Assembly: GCA_013239625.1 (NCBI GenBank)
Contig: MU053652.1
Location: forward strand, 4,641,902-4,705,901
DNA length: 64,000 bases
Source: Lama guanicoe
Taxonomy: Eukaryota
Reading direction: 5' to 3'
The notes beneath the pieces are model-generated. The model saw only the letters and a list, made by a program, of their open reading frames with translations. It had not been told where the DNA came from and did no database searches. Positions 22,476-36,061 of this stretch are shown here, piece after piece. Positions within the stretch are counted from its first letter, which is position 1; each line of letters begins with the position of its first letter. Position numbers and translations under genes: made by a program.

Positions 22476-23532
22476 TTACTTATTTGTTTATTTAAATTTA
22501 GGTATAGTTGATTTACAATGTTGTGTTAGTTTCTGGTGCATAGCATAGTGATTCTATTATACATATATATATTCTTTTTCATGTTCTTTTTCATTATAGG
22601 TTCATTATTGCAAGCTGTTGAATATAGTTCCCTGTGCTATACAGTAGGATCTAGTGGTTTGTCTATTTTATATATAATAGTTTGTATCTGCTAATCCCAA
22701 ACTCCTAATTTATCCCTCCCCCCTTCTTTCCCCTTTGGTAGCCATAAGTTTGTTTATGTCTGTGAGTCTCTTTCTGTTTTGTAAACAAGTTCTTTGTATC
22801 AGTTTTTTAGATTCCACATATAAATGATATCATATGATATTTATCTTTCTCTGTCTGACTTACTTCACTTAGTATCATAATCTCTAGGTCCATCCACGTT
22901 GCTGCAAATGGCATTATTTCATTCCTTTTTATGGCTGAATCATATTCCATTGTATATTTGTATCACATCTTCTTTATCCAATCAACTGTTAATGGACATT
23001 TAGGTTGCTTCCATGTCTTGGCTATTGTAAATAGTGCTGCTGTGAACACTGGGATGCATGTATCTTTTTAAATTAGAGTTTCCTCTGGATATATGCCCAG
23101 GAGTGGGATTGTGGGATCATAGGGTAGCTCTATTTTGAGTTTTTAAAGGAATCTCCATACTGTTTTCCCTAGTGACTGCACCAAATTACATTCCCACTAA
23201 CAGTGTAGGAGGGTTCCCTTTTCCCCACACCCTCTCTAGCATTTTTTATTTGTGGACTTCTTAATGATGGCCATTTCAACTGGTGTAAAATACCAGTCAG
23301 AATACTGGTATACCTCATTGTATACCATTGTATGCCAAATACCTCATTATAGTTTCTTTTTGGAAGAGGGTTAATTAGATTTACTTATTTATTTTTAGAG
23401 GAGGTACTGGGGATTGAACCCAGGACTTCATGCATGCTAAGCATGTGCTCTACCACTTGAGCTGTACCCTCCACCTCCCTCACTGTAGTTTTGATGGTAT
23501 TGAGCATCTTTGCGTGTGCCTTTTGGCCATCT
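22476..23532 (-). mobile_element. 5'-truncated L1 (3' end) inserted in an L2, with a SINE inserted inside it (about 23356-23477)
   Basis: L1 3'UTR and ORF2-end sequence; imperfect TSDs catcctgtttgtttat / catcctctctgtttat; SINE flanked by cctcattatagttt / cctcactgtagttt. Confidence 0.8.
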
Positions 23533-24541
23533 CATCCTCTCTGTTTATATGTATACAGTCTGTTTTCCCTCATGTATCTTCATGATCAAAAAGTGTCACA
23601 CACACACACACACACACACAAAACCAAAGGAAAAAAGTGTCACACATAAGTACTTGTTGAAGGAGTGAATAGGTAAAACATATATTCATCACTTAATACA
23701 CACCAGTAAATGTAGCAGTGCCGAGATGCAAAGGTAGACAGCACACCGTATTCCCTAGAGGAACTCGGTATCCACCAGGGGAGACAAACTTAATGTTATA
23801 TCTGTGCGCAGTGGCGTGTATACACTTGGTAACACAAAGGCCAGCTGCCCTTGGGGGGTTTATGCTGGGCCCTGTATATTCATACATTATGTCATTTAAT
23901 ACAGCCCTGTGAAGGGGAAACTATTATCCTCAGTTCCAGAGGAGAAAACAGGCTCAGAGAGGTAGAGTGATTTGCCCAAGGTTGCCCAGCTACTCAACCA
24001 CTGAGCTGAGGTTGTGACCCCTTCTCTTGCTCTCTAGCCCCAAAGCCCCTCCTCCTCCCACTTTCCTAGGGGAGCCCAGGGCAGGAGATGGAAAAAGAAG
24101 AGAGAACAGGAGTGCTTCATACCCGGCAGGAGAGAGATCGAGCAGGACTGAGCTGGCAGGGGGCCCTGGGTGACAGGGCACCTCGCCAGCCCCTGCTGGC
24201 CTCCCCCTTCCCCTTGTGTGGCCTCTGCGGCCCCAGGGCTGATTGGGCTCCCTCCCCTGGCACCAGCCTTCTCTGCCACACCCCCACCCTTGCCTGGGGC
24301 CTGGCTACGCAGGGATCCCTTTCTGGCCCAGTGAGGCATATAACCCCGGACTGACAGGCGTCCGGATGCCAGGGCAGCTTGGCTGGCCAAGGGTGAGGTC
24401 ACGGGCTGAGCACTCTGTGGCCGGCCCCTCCTCCCTCCCGTCACAGTCTCACTCCTTGCCCTGCTGTCTGCAAAAATCTCCCTCCAGCCTCCCTCTTGCA
24501 TCATAGCCTCAACCCAGCAAGCTCCAAATTCTCCTGGCAAG

Positions 24542-25024
24542 TGTATTAGTTTACTGTAGCTGCTGTAACAAATTATCACAAATTTAGCAGCTTAAAACAA
24601 CACCAATTTATTTTATTATCCTACAGCTCTGGAAGTCAGAAGTTGAAAATGGATCCTCCAGGCTGTGTTCCTTCTGGAAGCCCCAGAGGAGAATCCTTTC
24701 TTTTGCTTTTTCCAGCTTCTAGAGACCACCTGAATTCTTTGCCTCTTGTCCCCTTCCTACGTCTTCAAAGCCAGCAAGGCCTCATCTTCAAACCTCCCTG
24801 CCTTTCTGACCTCTGCTTCCATTGTCACATCTGCCTTGACTCTGACACTCCTGCCTCCCTCTGTTAAGGACTCCTGTAATCATTGGGTCCACCCAGATAA
24901 TCCGTCAAAAACCCTTAATGTAGTCTCTTCTGCAAAGTCCCTTTTGCCACGTAAGGTAACAAGGTCACAGGCTCCAGAGATGAAGTTGTGGGCATTTTTG
25001 GAGGGCCATTATTCCACTTTCCAT
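24542..25024. mobile_element. MLT1-like MaLR solo LTR
   Basis: tgtattagttt...gctgctgtaacaaattatcacaaatttag...ttaaaacaaca; ctgcaaagtcccttttgcca and ggccattatt motifs. Confidence 0.75.
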
Positions 25025-26194
25025 GCCCCCTAGGGTGCTCCCCTCTTCCAATGCTAGAGGGAGTATTCACGGCACATTTACCATGAGCTTTGCTCTGCAC
25101 TAAACGTGTTGACGCTATCTCACACCATCCCTTGTGGTGGTCGTAGATCCCCCTGTATAGGTGAAGAGCTTGGCCGACTCTAGGGCCTGTGGGCTTGGTT
25201 TGACCCCAAGCCTGCCTCCCCAGACTGGAAGTGAGCCCCTCCCTCCTGGAACTCCCTCTGCTTTGGCTTCGAGTCCTTGGGTTCGCTCTGGGTCCAGCCT
25301 GCAACTCCCCGAGGTAGAGGTTGCATCTTAGCCCCTGGAGCCCTGGCACGGGGCATGGAGGAGTAGGTACTTGGGCAATGGCAGGATGGAAGAAGAGAGA
25401 GGATTTTGTGGGCTGCGGTTCATGCGTGGGCTCTGGAGGACCCCCTGCCATGTGGGTACGTTTGTGTGTCTATTTTTCTGGGCAGAGGAATTAGAATTTC
25501 CAGCAGATTCTCAGAAAAGGCACTACCTCCAAGGATCAAGAAACCTTGCTCTGGGGCCAGCCCTCACTCCTCTTTCCTGGGCTCCCTTCTCTGAACTAGT
25601 CTGTTGCCAGGATTCACTCAGCACCAGGGGCCAAAGCCAAGGGAGGCTGTGAGCTGGGGGGGCAGGGGCTGGTCCGTGTGGACAGTGGGAATGGTGAGGG
25701 TCTCGAGGATCCACCTGCAGGCCCCTCTTCCCTGCATCCGGTCAGTGACTCAGTCTTTCTTGAGCTCTCACTCTATGTCACTCTCTGCCCTCCTCCCACG
25801 TCACCTCCCCCGACTCCCGCACTGGCAGAGAGGGCCTGGGCAGGGGCGGCCTTCCCCTCCGGGCCGAGCAGGGCCTTGCCCCAGGTGCCAGGATGAGGTG
25901 GGCTCTCCTCATCGCAGCTTCTCAATGGCCACCTCTGGGTTCCCTCATCACCTCCCAAGCCCGCCTGCCCCAATCTCCGGGGGGTCTCCACCCTCCAAGC
26001 TTTTCCTGTCCTTGCCCTCGCAGACATGACTTCACCCTCCTATCAGCAGCAGCCCAGCCCTGAGAGGAGAACAGTGGACATTCTTCACAGCTGTGCCAGG
26101 ACAGGGCTGGAACCCGGGTCTCCCGGGGCCCAAGTGAGGCTGATTCAGATGCATTATTAGTTATTAGTATTGTTCTAATAATAATTATTCTTCT

Positions 26195-26268
26195 CATGGA
26201 GGTACTTGGGATTGAACCCAGGGCCTTATGCATGCAAGGCATGTCACTGAGCTATATCCTCCGCCCCC
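26195..26268 (-). mobile_element. vic-1-like SINE
   Basis: ggaggtacttgggattgaacccaggg...actgagctatatcctcc. Confidence 0.7.
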
Positions 26269-28659
26269 ATTATTGTAATTATTGGTGGAGTTGGATGAAT
26301 GGCTTATTTCACCTTGTAAAACAAGAAGTGTGTTATGAGCAATCTGCTCCCATAGCCTGAGGGCAATAGTATTTCTGGTTTGCCCTCTCACCTGTCCATC
26401 CATCCCCTTCTTTCCAGAAAAGTTTTACAGGGGGGTTCCGCCAGTTCCCCTCCTACAGGCAACCTGATCGGGGGCTGCACCTGTGGTGGGAGTAGGGCAC
26501 AGAGCGCAGAAACATGTCCAGCACAAGCTGCTTGTGCCCTCAGCCTGCACTCCAGATATCAAACTTCCCACCCACTGCGCAGAGAGCAGGCAGGAGAGGG
26601 GGATAAAGGACCTGAGGGCAGCCCCAAGGGCAGCCCCAGGCACACAGCCGGCCCCCTCCCTCCATCCCTGCCCAGCCCAGACCCTGTGGTAGGTGAGGAA
26701 GATGGGTGTCCCAGTGTCCCAGCATCAACTTTGCCATTTACGAAACGAAGGCATCAGGTCTCAGGAAACAGGGAGGAGGGTGGAGATGAGGACCAGAGAT
26801 TGCTGTGAGGTTCCTCCCTGGCCCTTGGCCACGGGGAGGAGGGAGGCCAGCGCAGGTAGTGGGGGAGCCGGCCCTGTGTTGGGACTAGCGCTGGTTCCTC
26901 CTCTGGTGGGAGAGGGATGGGGGGCTGCCTTCCCCCACCGACACCCTGACCAGGTGTCCCGCGGGGGCTGTCACTGTGGCTCTGTTGTCACCCTCCCTCG
27001 GCCCTATAGGCCCCTCAGCTGCTCCTCTCTGTCCTTCCAGCACTGGAAGGATGGGGACATTGCCGGGGGTAGGGAGGGTCACAGGCAGAAGCACTCAGGG
27101 TTTCGGGTCTCCACTCCCTTGCTGCGGGAAACAGCTGAGTTCTCCGGCCATTTGTGGGAAGACTTCAGGCTGTCAAAAGCCAAACCCCAGCTAAGATTCA
27201 CTCCAACCCACATTTGTGTGGGAGGAGGGGCTTGGAGCAGAGCCCCCAGCATGGCCATCGACCTTTCTTGCCCCGTCCCCCTCTAATCTTGTGCCTGGGT
27301 GGTCCCTGGGCCTGCGGCAGGATGGGAGGGGCAGGATAGATAGAGACCTCCGCTTTAAGCGGGGCGTGTGCGTTTTCACAGGGATGTGAGAACCAGGACA
27401 CTTTTCCCTGGGGCTGACTCTGCCCTATAAAACTTAAACAGATCAACCTTGCAGATGGTATCACAGTTCCTACCAGCCACAACCTCTTTACCTTAGCTCT
27501 ACCTGCCGGCTAGAGTGCACCTCATAGCCCATCCCCTGGTGGGAACCCTCCTCTCCTAGCCACCTTCATCCCTTACCTGTCCCCACCCCTCCTGGTACCC
27601 CTGTCCACTGTCCTCCCCAACTTCACCTCCTCCACTCCCCTCAGAGACTTTATTTGTCACTCCTGGAACCACAGCACCGCAGTAATCCATTAGCGAACAC
27701 TTGCACAGTATGTGGCCGTGCTGCTTCTGCGGGTTCAAAGCGCTCCGTATGCACGGGCTCATTTAGCGGTCCCAGGAACTCTTTGAAGGAAGGATTGTTA
27801 TTATCCTCACTTTGCAAATGAGGAGTCAGATACACTGGACAACAGAAACGAGGAGGCAGAGAGACCCACAAAGCAGACACTTGGGAACAGCTGTCCTTGT
27901 CAAAAGGTTAAAGCACTGTTCTTTTTATTTTTTTTAATTACAGAGTAATGTGTGCAGCAGACCTCCCTGACCTTTGCCCTCTTCACCCCTAATCCCCAAG
28001 AGCTAAAGCCACAAAGACCCAGCCTACCCCAGCTCCCCAACCCCGGGAGTCAGCAGCAGGAGGGAAGACATGAAACAGACCAGGTGAGGCTCCTTGGTCC
28101 CCATCTCTGTTCCTCTAGCCTCCTTTTCCTCACTGCTCTGCCTCTCATTCACCCCCATTTTTCTTCATCTTTCTTGGAGAGAGCATGCAGTCACTCGCAG
28201 GCACTGGCTTTCCGGGTGCTGGGGAGGTGTTCTGACCTCCTGAGAAGGGACAGCTTTGCACAACTGGGCTGAGAGCCCCCATCCCAGAACTGACACCTGA
28301 GTCTTCTCGCTGACCCCCTCCATCCTGCTACCATCCCGCTCCCTCTGCCTCCCAGGACCAAACCAAACTCCACTCAGGTGGCTAGTGCATGAGTCCCATG
28401 CTGTTCTAGGTTCTTGGCTGCTAGGATTATCCCTGGAATGTGACCTCATCCTCTGCCCTGGGAGAAGGTACAGAAAGCCTCAGACATGGCTGAAGAGGGA
28501 ATGAGAGAGAACAGCTGAGCTGAGGAAGCCTAGACAGGGAAGTGGTTGTAGGGAAGATGTTCGCCAGACCACTGGGAGGAGGTGAGGGGAGCCAAGTGTG
28601 GGATAAATAAGCATATGAAAAGGTGCTCCACATCATACGTTTTCAGGGACTTCCAAGTT

Positions 28660-29740
28660 AAAACAACAATGAGTTACTACTATGCATTTGCTAGAATGGC
28701 TAAAATCTGAAACACTGATAATACCAAATGCTGGTGAGGATGTGGAGCAACAGAAACAGCAATTCACGGTTGGTGCAAAAGCGAAATGGTATAGCCACTT
28801 TGGAAGACAGTTTGGTGGTTTCTCATAAAAGTAAATGTACTCTTAACATACAATCTAGCAACTGTGCTTCTTGGTACTTACCCAAATGAGTTGAAACTTA
28901 TGTCCATACAAAAACCTGCACATGAATGTTTATAGCAGCTTTATTCATAATTGCCAAAACATGGGAAACAACCAAGATGTTCTTTGGTAAGTAAATGGAC
29001 TGAGGTTCATCCAGACAATGGAATACTATTCAGCACTAAAAAGAAATGATTAGGCTGTGAAAAGACATAGAGCAAGCTTAGGTACATATTACTAAATGAA
29101 AAAAACCAATCGGAAAAGGCTACATACTGTATGGTTTCAACCAAACAATATTCTTTTTTGTTTCTCTTTACCCCTTCAAAACCTTTAAAAAAAAAAACCT
29201 TTATTGCAGTATGGTCTGGTTCCTGTACAGTAAACTACACATATTTCAGATGTACACTTTGATGAATTTTGATAGATGTATACACCAATGAAACCATTAC
29301 CACAATCAAGATAGCTAACATTTCCATCACTCCCCAAGAGAAGCAATTTTCGAATTTCCAGTTTATCCTTTCCCACACCCTTTAACCCATGGTAACCATA
29401 AGTTTGTTCTCTATGTCTGTGAGTCTGTTTTTCTTTTGTAGATAAGTTTGTGTCATTTTTTTTAGATTCCATATATAAGCAATATCATATGACATTTTTT
29501 TTCCTCTTTCTGGCTTACTTCACTTAGAATGATGATCTCCAGGTCCATCCATGTTGCTACAAATGGCATTATTTCATTCTTTTTCATGGCTGAATAGTAT
29601 TCCATTGTATATATACAGCACATCTTTATCCAGTCATCTGTCGATGGAAGCAAACAACATTCTTGAAAAGGCAAAAGTATGGAGACAATAAAAGGATCAG
29701 TTGTTGCTGGGGGTTGGGGACAGAAAGCAGTAATCTAGGT
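28660..29740 (+). mobile_element. Old L1M 3' fragment interrupted by a younger antisense L1 (29156-29650)
   Basis: ORF2-end motifs (agaatggctaaaat, ggtgaggatgtggagcaac, ggaatactattcagca); inner element flanked by caaacaatattctt / caaacaacattctt. Confidence 0.8.
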
Positions 29741-29970
29741 GAGATAGTGATGGTGACAGAGAGGGGTGAAAGGCATTGATGTGACAAGTCTTTTGGAGAT
29801 AAAGCTGTCTGGATTTGCTGATGAATTAGATGTAAGGGTAAGAGCAAGAGAGGAATTATGAACAACAGCTAGATTTTTGGCTCGTCAAGTAAATAGAGAA
29901 AAGTAGTAGTATTACATAAAATAGGAAAGAATGAGGGAGGCTGAAGGAAAAGCTCTTTTGGTGGAGAGGT

Positions 29971-29974
<4 letters not shown>

Positions 29975-30003
<29 letters not shown>
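29975..30003. repeat. (GT)n microsatellite
   Basis: About 14 GT units. Confidence 0.95.
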
Positions 30004-30006
<3 letters not shown>

Positions 30007-31310
30007 TGATTGTGAAAAGAGTTCTGTTTTGGATACGATAAGTTTGAAGCATCTCTTCCTAAGCGGAGATGTCAGGTAGGTAGTTAGACAATGTGAGTCT
30101 GGAGCTTAGAGGTCAGAGTTGATATTTAAAGCCACGTTACCAGATTGTAAACCATTGATGAGGGTATTTAACTTTAACCTAGTCACATTTTTTCCTAATG
30201 GCTTTCCAAACGTTTCACAATATAATGATATTTTGGCTTCTCCTTTACTGTTCTCCAATATTTTTTACGTATTATTTTTCCTCTTCTTCCTTCTATTCTT
30301 CTCTATCTTCCTCCTCTTTTTTCTTCTCATCTTTTTGCATTAGCTACAACTTGCAAAACAAAGTTAAATTTCAAACAAAGCATTGACAGCAGAATCTCCA
30401 TTTCTAATTTTAATAGGAATTCTTCTTTGTATTTGGCTGTTAGGTATGGTGTTAGCTGTTCTTTTGAAATAATAATTTTCATCAATTAAGGAGATATCCT
30501 TCCATTATTAATTTTTGAATCTACCTTTTGAATGTCTATTAAAAATGGTCATATATCTTTCTTAGTGGGCCTATTGATCTATAATTTAATGAATTTAAAT
30601 TTTTACTGAAAAAACATATTATACATTCAAAGAGTACATTAAAGTATAAGTGAAAAAAGAAAAAAGTGTATATATTATTTTAAAAAAATAATGAAATGAA
30701 CACTCATGTATCCACCACATAGGGTTAAGAAATAGAACATGACCAGCATCTTAGAAGCTCCCTGACTTCCCCTCCTCTGGTCATAACCACTCCCTCCTGG
30801 CCTCCCCTCTCCCAGGGAACAAATCTCTTGACTTTTAGGTTAATCCTTCCCTTGCTTTTGTTTATGGTTTCACTGCATCTGTGTATATTCCTAAACAGGG
30901 CTGAGAAGCAAGCATAATCCTAACTATGAAAGGAAAGGACAATCTTGCACTAGGTGAAGACTCATCTGGGAGAAGAGATGCTGCACAGAACTTCTGGGTC
31001 TTGGTGTGGCTTTGGCTTCCAAGAGAGAGTTTACAAGAACCTTTTCTGGGACCAACAGTGAGCAAGGTCATGAGGGAGTCCTGGGAAGCACAGAGCTCAT
31101 GTAGTGGGAGCTGTAGTGTCACCCAGACCTTGGACATGTGGATGGAATATGGTCAGTGGCAGTGGGCTGCTTCTGAGCTCACTCCCATCCCCTCTCAGGA
31201 GCAGGTCATAGTGGGACACTTCCATGGCAGGCAGCAGGCATGGAAGGGTGAACAGTAGCCTCACTGCACTTGGCCAAGACAAGGCAAGTACAAATAAGAA
31301 GTGGGGCAGG

Positions 31311-31653
31311 GGTGGAGTCACGATGGGGGCATAAAGAGACTCACAGCTCATCCTCTCCCACAAATACACCAAGAATTACATCTACAAACCCACTGAATCA
31401 CACAGAACACCTACTAAACTCTGGCAGAATGTCTCTCATTTCAAAATACTGGAGGATTCTCACAAAATCCGATAAACAACAAGTTTATACTGTATAGCAC
31501 AGGGACCCATATTCAATATCTAGTAACCTATGGTGAAGAATATGAGAACGAATGTATGTATGTTCTTATGTGACTGAAGTATTGTGCTGTACACCAGAAA
31601 TTGACACCACATTGTAAACTGACTGTACTTCAATAAAAATACATTTAAAAAAA
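31311..31653 (+). mobile_element. Short L1-derived retrocopy (5'UTR-like part fused to L1 3' end) with poly(A) and long TSD
   Basis: Direct repeats acaaataagaagtggggcagg at 31290-31310 and 31654-31674; aataaa plus A-tail. Confidence 0.75.
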
Positions 31654-32216
31654 ACAAATAAGAAGTGGGGCAGGCTCACTCAAACATTCTGACTTGAGGT
31701 TCCGAAGATGGTACACTGGCATCAAGGATCTTGGTGATGACAGCTGTCAACGTGTCATCGCCTGAGTCAGTCACACTTCTCCAATCAGAACCTGTGTCCC
31801 TCTACATGTGGTGCACAGCTGACACCCTGGGATCCCCCTTCGTCATCTTCCAAGGAGCCCCCTTTGTCTCTCACCCATGGTGGATCTCCTGTGTCCAGTA
31901 TCCCACATTTTCTGCTTTCTTGCTTTTACTTTCTGGTTTTGGGGGAGCACTTTTTCTAGTAGCTTTTCCAGAAAATGGACATGAAAGATAAACTTTTTGG
32001 AATCTTCTATGTCTGAAAGTCTATATATTCTCTTTTTACCTGATTGATAGCTTGAATGGATACAAATTCAAGATTGAAAGAAAAGTTTCTTCAGAATTTT
32101 GGAAGCCTTGCTTTTAACTTCTAGTGATCCTATTTAGAAATCCAAAGATTTTCTGATATCTAATCATTTGTACATTACCTTTTTTTCTTTCTGGAAGTTT
32201 CTAGGCCCTTCTCTTT

Positions 32217-32454
32217 TTATTTTATTTATTTTTTAAACACATTTATTGTGGTATGGTTCCTGTACAATAAACTACACATATTTCAGATGTACAATTTGAT
32301 GCATTTTGATAGATGTATATACACCAATGAAACCACTACCACAATCAAGATAGCTAACATTTCCTTCACTTCCCAAGAGATGTAATTTTTGAATTCCCAA
32401 TTTATCCCTTCCTACTCCCTTTGCCCCCTGGTAACCGTATGTTTGTTTTCTATG
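32217..32454 (-). mobile_element. 5'-truncated L1 3' end with TSD
   Basis: TSDs ctaggcccttctcttt (32201) / ctagacccttctcttt (32455); closely similar to 29200-29415. Confidence 0.7.
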
Positions 32455-35299
32455 CTAGACCCTTCTCTTTAATTTGCCTGAATGTGGGTTTCTTCTAATC
32501 CACCCCACCCTTACGAACTGGCAACTCATAACTCATATCCTTTTGTTCTAGAAAATTTCTTCAGATTAGTTCACTGATGATTTCCTCCTTTTCATTTTTC
32601 TGTTTTTCTTCTTTTCAGAACTCTTATTATTTCAACATTAACTCCTGAAATTGTTCTTAAATGTTCTAATTTTTTTCCTGTATTTTCTCTCTCTTTATAT
32701 ATTTGCTTTACTTTCTAGGAAGATTTAATCAACCTTATCTGCTTATCTTTCTATTGATGTTTTTGTTTTTGCTGTCATGATTTTATTTTTCAAGACATAA
32801 TTGTTGCTGTTGGTATTCTCTGGATGTTACTTTGTATAGCATCTTGTTCTTGTTTCATGGATACAGTATCTTCTCTTATCTCTCTAAAGATATTAACCAT
32901 GGTCTTTTTGACACTTTCTTCTAACCTGTTTCCTCCAAGTTACTTTTTCTGGTTGTTTGTTTTGTTGCTCTCTTCTTCACTGGAAAATTTCCTGGATTTC
33001 TGGTAATCCTTGGCCATGATTAAGGCTGTAGGAGTGGGAGAGGCTAGTCAGAAACCTAGAGCTTGGAGGCTGGGTTTGCCACTGAGTCTAGCTGGGCTGT
33101 TTCGTACATCAATATCTTTAGGTCCTTCTTCTTGGGCTGGTGAAATACCCCAGAGCAGTATCTTCCAGTGTCCTGCATAAGTCCTGCTCCCAGCACCTGG
33201 GGAGTCTGATGGTGGCAGAAAGCTCAGCATCTCTGCATTTAGTATTCCATATGACATGGTCATGTAATCCCCTTGTTTTCAGTATTTTCAGCATGGTATC
33301 TCCATTCACAACTGTGCCTGAAGCTTCTCCAATCCAGATACACTCTGCTTTACCTTCTTCAGAGGAAAGTTCCCCCAGACTCTGGATAGGATAGGGGAGG
33401 GACTGTTGCCTAGTGGCTTGGGGGGGGGGGAGAGAGAGAGAAAGAGAGAGAGAGAGAGGGAGAGAGATATGGAGGGGTCTAACCCCTTGTCACTATGGTC
33501 CTTATCTTAGCAACCTCTTCCACCTTTCACCTCCGGGAATCCAGAGGTACCTTAGATTCCCAACTTCTATGCCTTTTGAGTTCCTTGTAATGTAGACCAG
33601 TTTGGCTCTCAATTTTCCCTACTGCCAGTTGAGATGTCTTTTTCCTTGGGGCTGATAAGTCAGTAACCACGTGACTGTCTGCCATTCTGCTTCAAAAATT
33701 TTCCCTTTTCTCTTCATTTATCGGTTTACTGCCTAATCTAAAAATCTCGTCATTGAAATTTTAGTCGCGTTTTGGGAGGAAGTGAAATTAGATGCACACA
33801 TTCAATTACCATCTTAATCCGGAACCCTAACTTCCCTTTTTAATATATTTTAAAAAAATATAATTCCTGGGAATAACCCCACTTGGTCATGGAAGATTGT
33901 TGTTTTAATGTTCTGGGGTATGTTTATTTCTGTCTTTCCATTTAGAAGTCTTTAAGTGAGCATGATTAGCAGGAAATGAGTCTTTCTATGAGGAGGATTC
34001 AAGGAAAATGTCTCTCATGGGATAATTTTTGTTAAGTATATGAGAGAATTCAGAGGCTGGATCCTTGTATGCAGCCTCTAGGCAGCCCCTAAAGGACTGG
34101 GTGGTTTCCCTATTAGAGAATGGACCCTACAGTGATCCCTGGGGGTGCATCCAGGGAACGCCCTTGGCAGTGTTTTGTTTAGGGACCCAGAATAAATCCG
34201 AGACTTCATCATTGATGTTCCCTGGGGAAGGGCTCATTTGGTGGCCTAATTTTATCTTACATCAATTGGGAGAATTCTGTGATGAGGAAGTGAGTCCTGG
34301 ATGCCTTTCTGAAATGCAACCTATTGCCCATATGGGTCCCAGAATCATTCATTTGTTTGTCTCTCACTTGTCTTAAAATTCACCGAGCATGTGCCATGGG
34401 CCAAGTGCTATGCTAGATCTCCATACTTGAGACAGACCTGCCCTAGGTAACTTTTTAAGCACCCCCTTCCCAGTCTTGCACAGCAGTAAGGGAGAGAGGT
34501 CAGGGTAATATCCAAAGCTGTAACCCAGTGACAATCATTCTTCTCTCTCTGTGGCTTGTGATGAGGAATAAGTGAGGAGATGCCTAAAGTAACCAGCATG
34601 GTGCTTGGTGCACAGGATGATGTCTGGGTTTTGAGGGACAGCCTTATGTGATGTGGGTGAGCCTCTTGTGTTTTATGTTCCCCTGTTACTTCCAAATACT
34701 AACATTTGGGGAGGAACACTTGAAGGGATTTAGAGACACAAGAGCATAAATGAGCCAGTACTGCTGAAATCAGTCACTGAGATAGCATAACAGGGTCCAC
34801 GAAGTATCCACAGTGACTGCTGTGTTCTCTTGTCATCTTCAACACAGGTCTGGGTGCTCTTTTATTCCTGGGCTGCACACTCTTTCTTTGACTTCTCTGT
34901 TCTCCTCTTGCCCCGTATTGGAAACAAATTGTAAGCCACCTTTCACAAGTTGCTTAGCTCAGCATTCTTTCTGAAAGACATTTCTGAAATGCTAAGTATT
35001 TTTGAGAGATCGAATTCAAGAAAAACACACAAACAAACGTTACACACGGATTGCCATTTGACAGTTCACCTCTGAAGTATTGGAGGCACTTCCAATTGTT
35101 GAAAGCCATCAGGTGATGGAGAGGGCAGCGGAGAGATTGGGTTCAGTTTGCCAAGCTGAGTAATAAATTCGGTTTTTTTCCTGGGCCTTAATTTACCTGT
35201 CTGTGAAATGGGAACACCCAGAAGGTTGTGGCACGGAGTAATGAAATAAAGGGCGTAGAAGTGCCTATTACACTTTCCACTCACGGTTTAATAAATGTA

Positions 35300-36060
35300 G
35301 CGGTTCTGCCCGGGGTGCCGTCCTGGGCAGGCTGCCGGGTGTGTGCGCGCGCGCGTGTGAACACGCGTGTGCGCGTGCGGTGCTCTGGCCCGCGGTGTGT
35401 TTCCCGGGGAGGGCGTGGAGTGAGTATGTGTGTGATGGGCCGCCCTGGGAGCGTGCGGCTGTCGGCGCCAGGCTGAGCCCCCCGCGGCTGGTCGGCAGCG
35501 CCGGGTGAATAAGCGCGCGTGCGGACGCGGGCACAGAGGCCGCGGCGGCTCGGGGCTGCGGTGCGCGCCCGCCTGCCGGCTGGGTAGGGGGCGGACCGCG
35601 GGCCGCCGGCCGGGGGAGGAGGAGGGGAGAGGGCGGGCGGCCGGGGCGGGCGCGCGGGAGGCGGGGAGGACCGGCGGGCGGGAGGTCAGAGCGGGGCTGC
35701 CGCGGAGCGCGGCGCGGGTGGCTCTGCCGGGGATAGAGGCTCGCAGCCGGGAGGCGGCGCCGCGGGAGGGGGCGCGGAGCACGAGCCGGGCCGGGCCGGG
35801 CAACCCGCCGGGGGCCAGCGCTGCGGGCCGGGGCCGGGCCGCGCCAGATCCGGGACCGCGCGACGGCGAAGCCACGGTGGCCGGGACGAGCCGAGGGGGC
35901 GTCGGGCGCGGAGAGCACCGGCCAGACACGGCGGAGCGTTGCCCAGCGGGGCGCCTGGGCCTCCGCGATCGCCCCTTCTCGGGGGACTTGGCTGAGGAGA
36001 CCCGCCTGCGGGAGGAAGCCAGAGGAGCAGGTCGGCCGTCAGGGCACGGGTAGCGGGAGG
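35300..36060 (+). promoter_or_regulatory. PRRT4: CpG island: PRRT4 promoter and probable non-coding exon 1
   Basis: CpG-dense with GC boxes, 1.3 kb upstream of the PRRT4 ATG exon; candidate donor CAG|gtcggc at 36030. Confidence 0.75.
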
Positions 36061-36061
36061 G

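Noticed and set aside
29185..29674. ORFs with YTMEYYSAMKKNEIMPF
   Set aside because: C-terminus of L1 ORF2 in a truncated, non-functional copy
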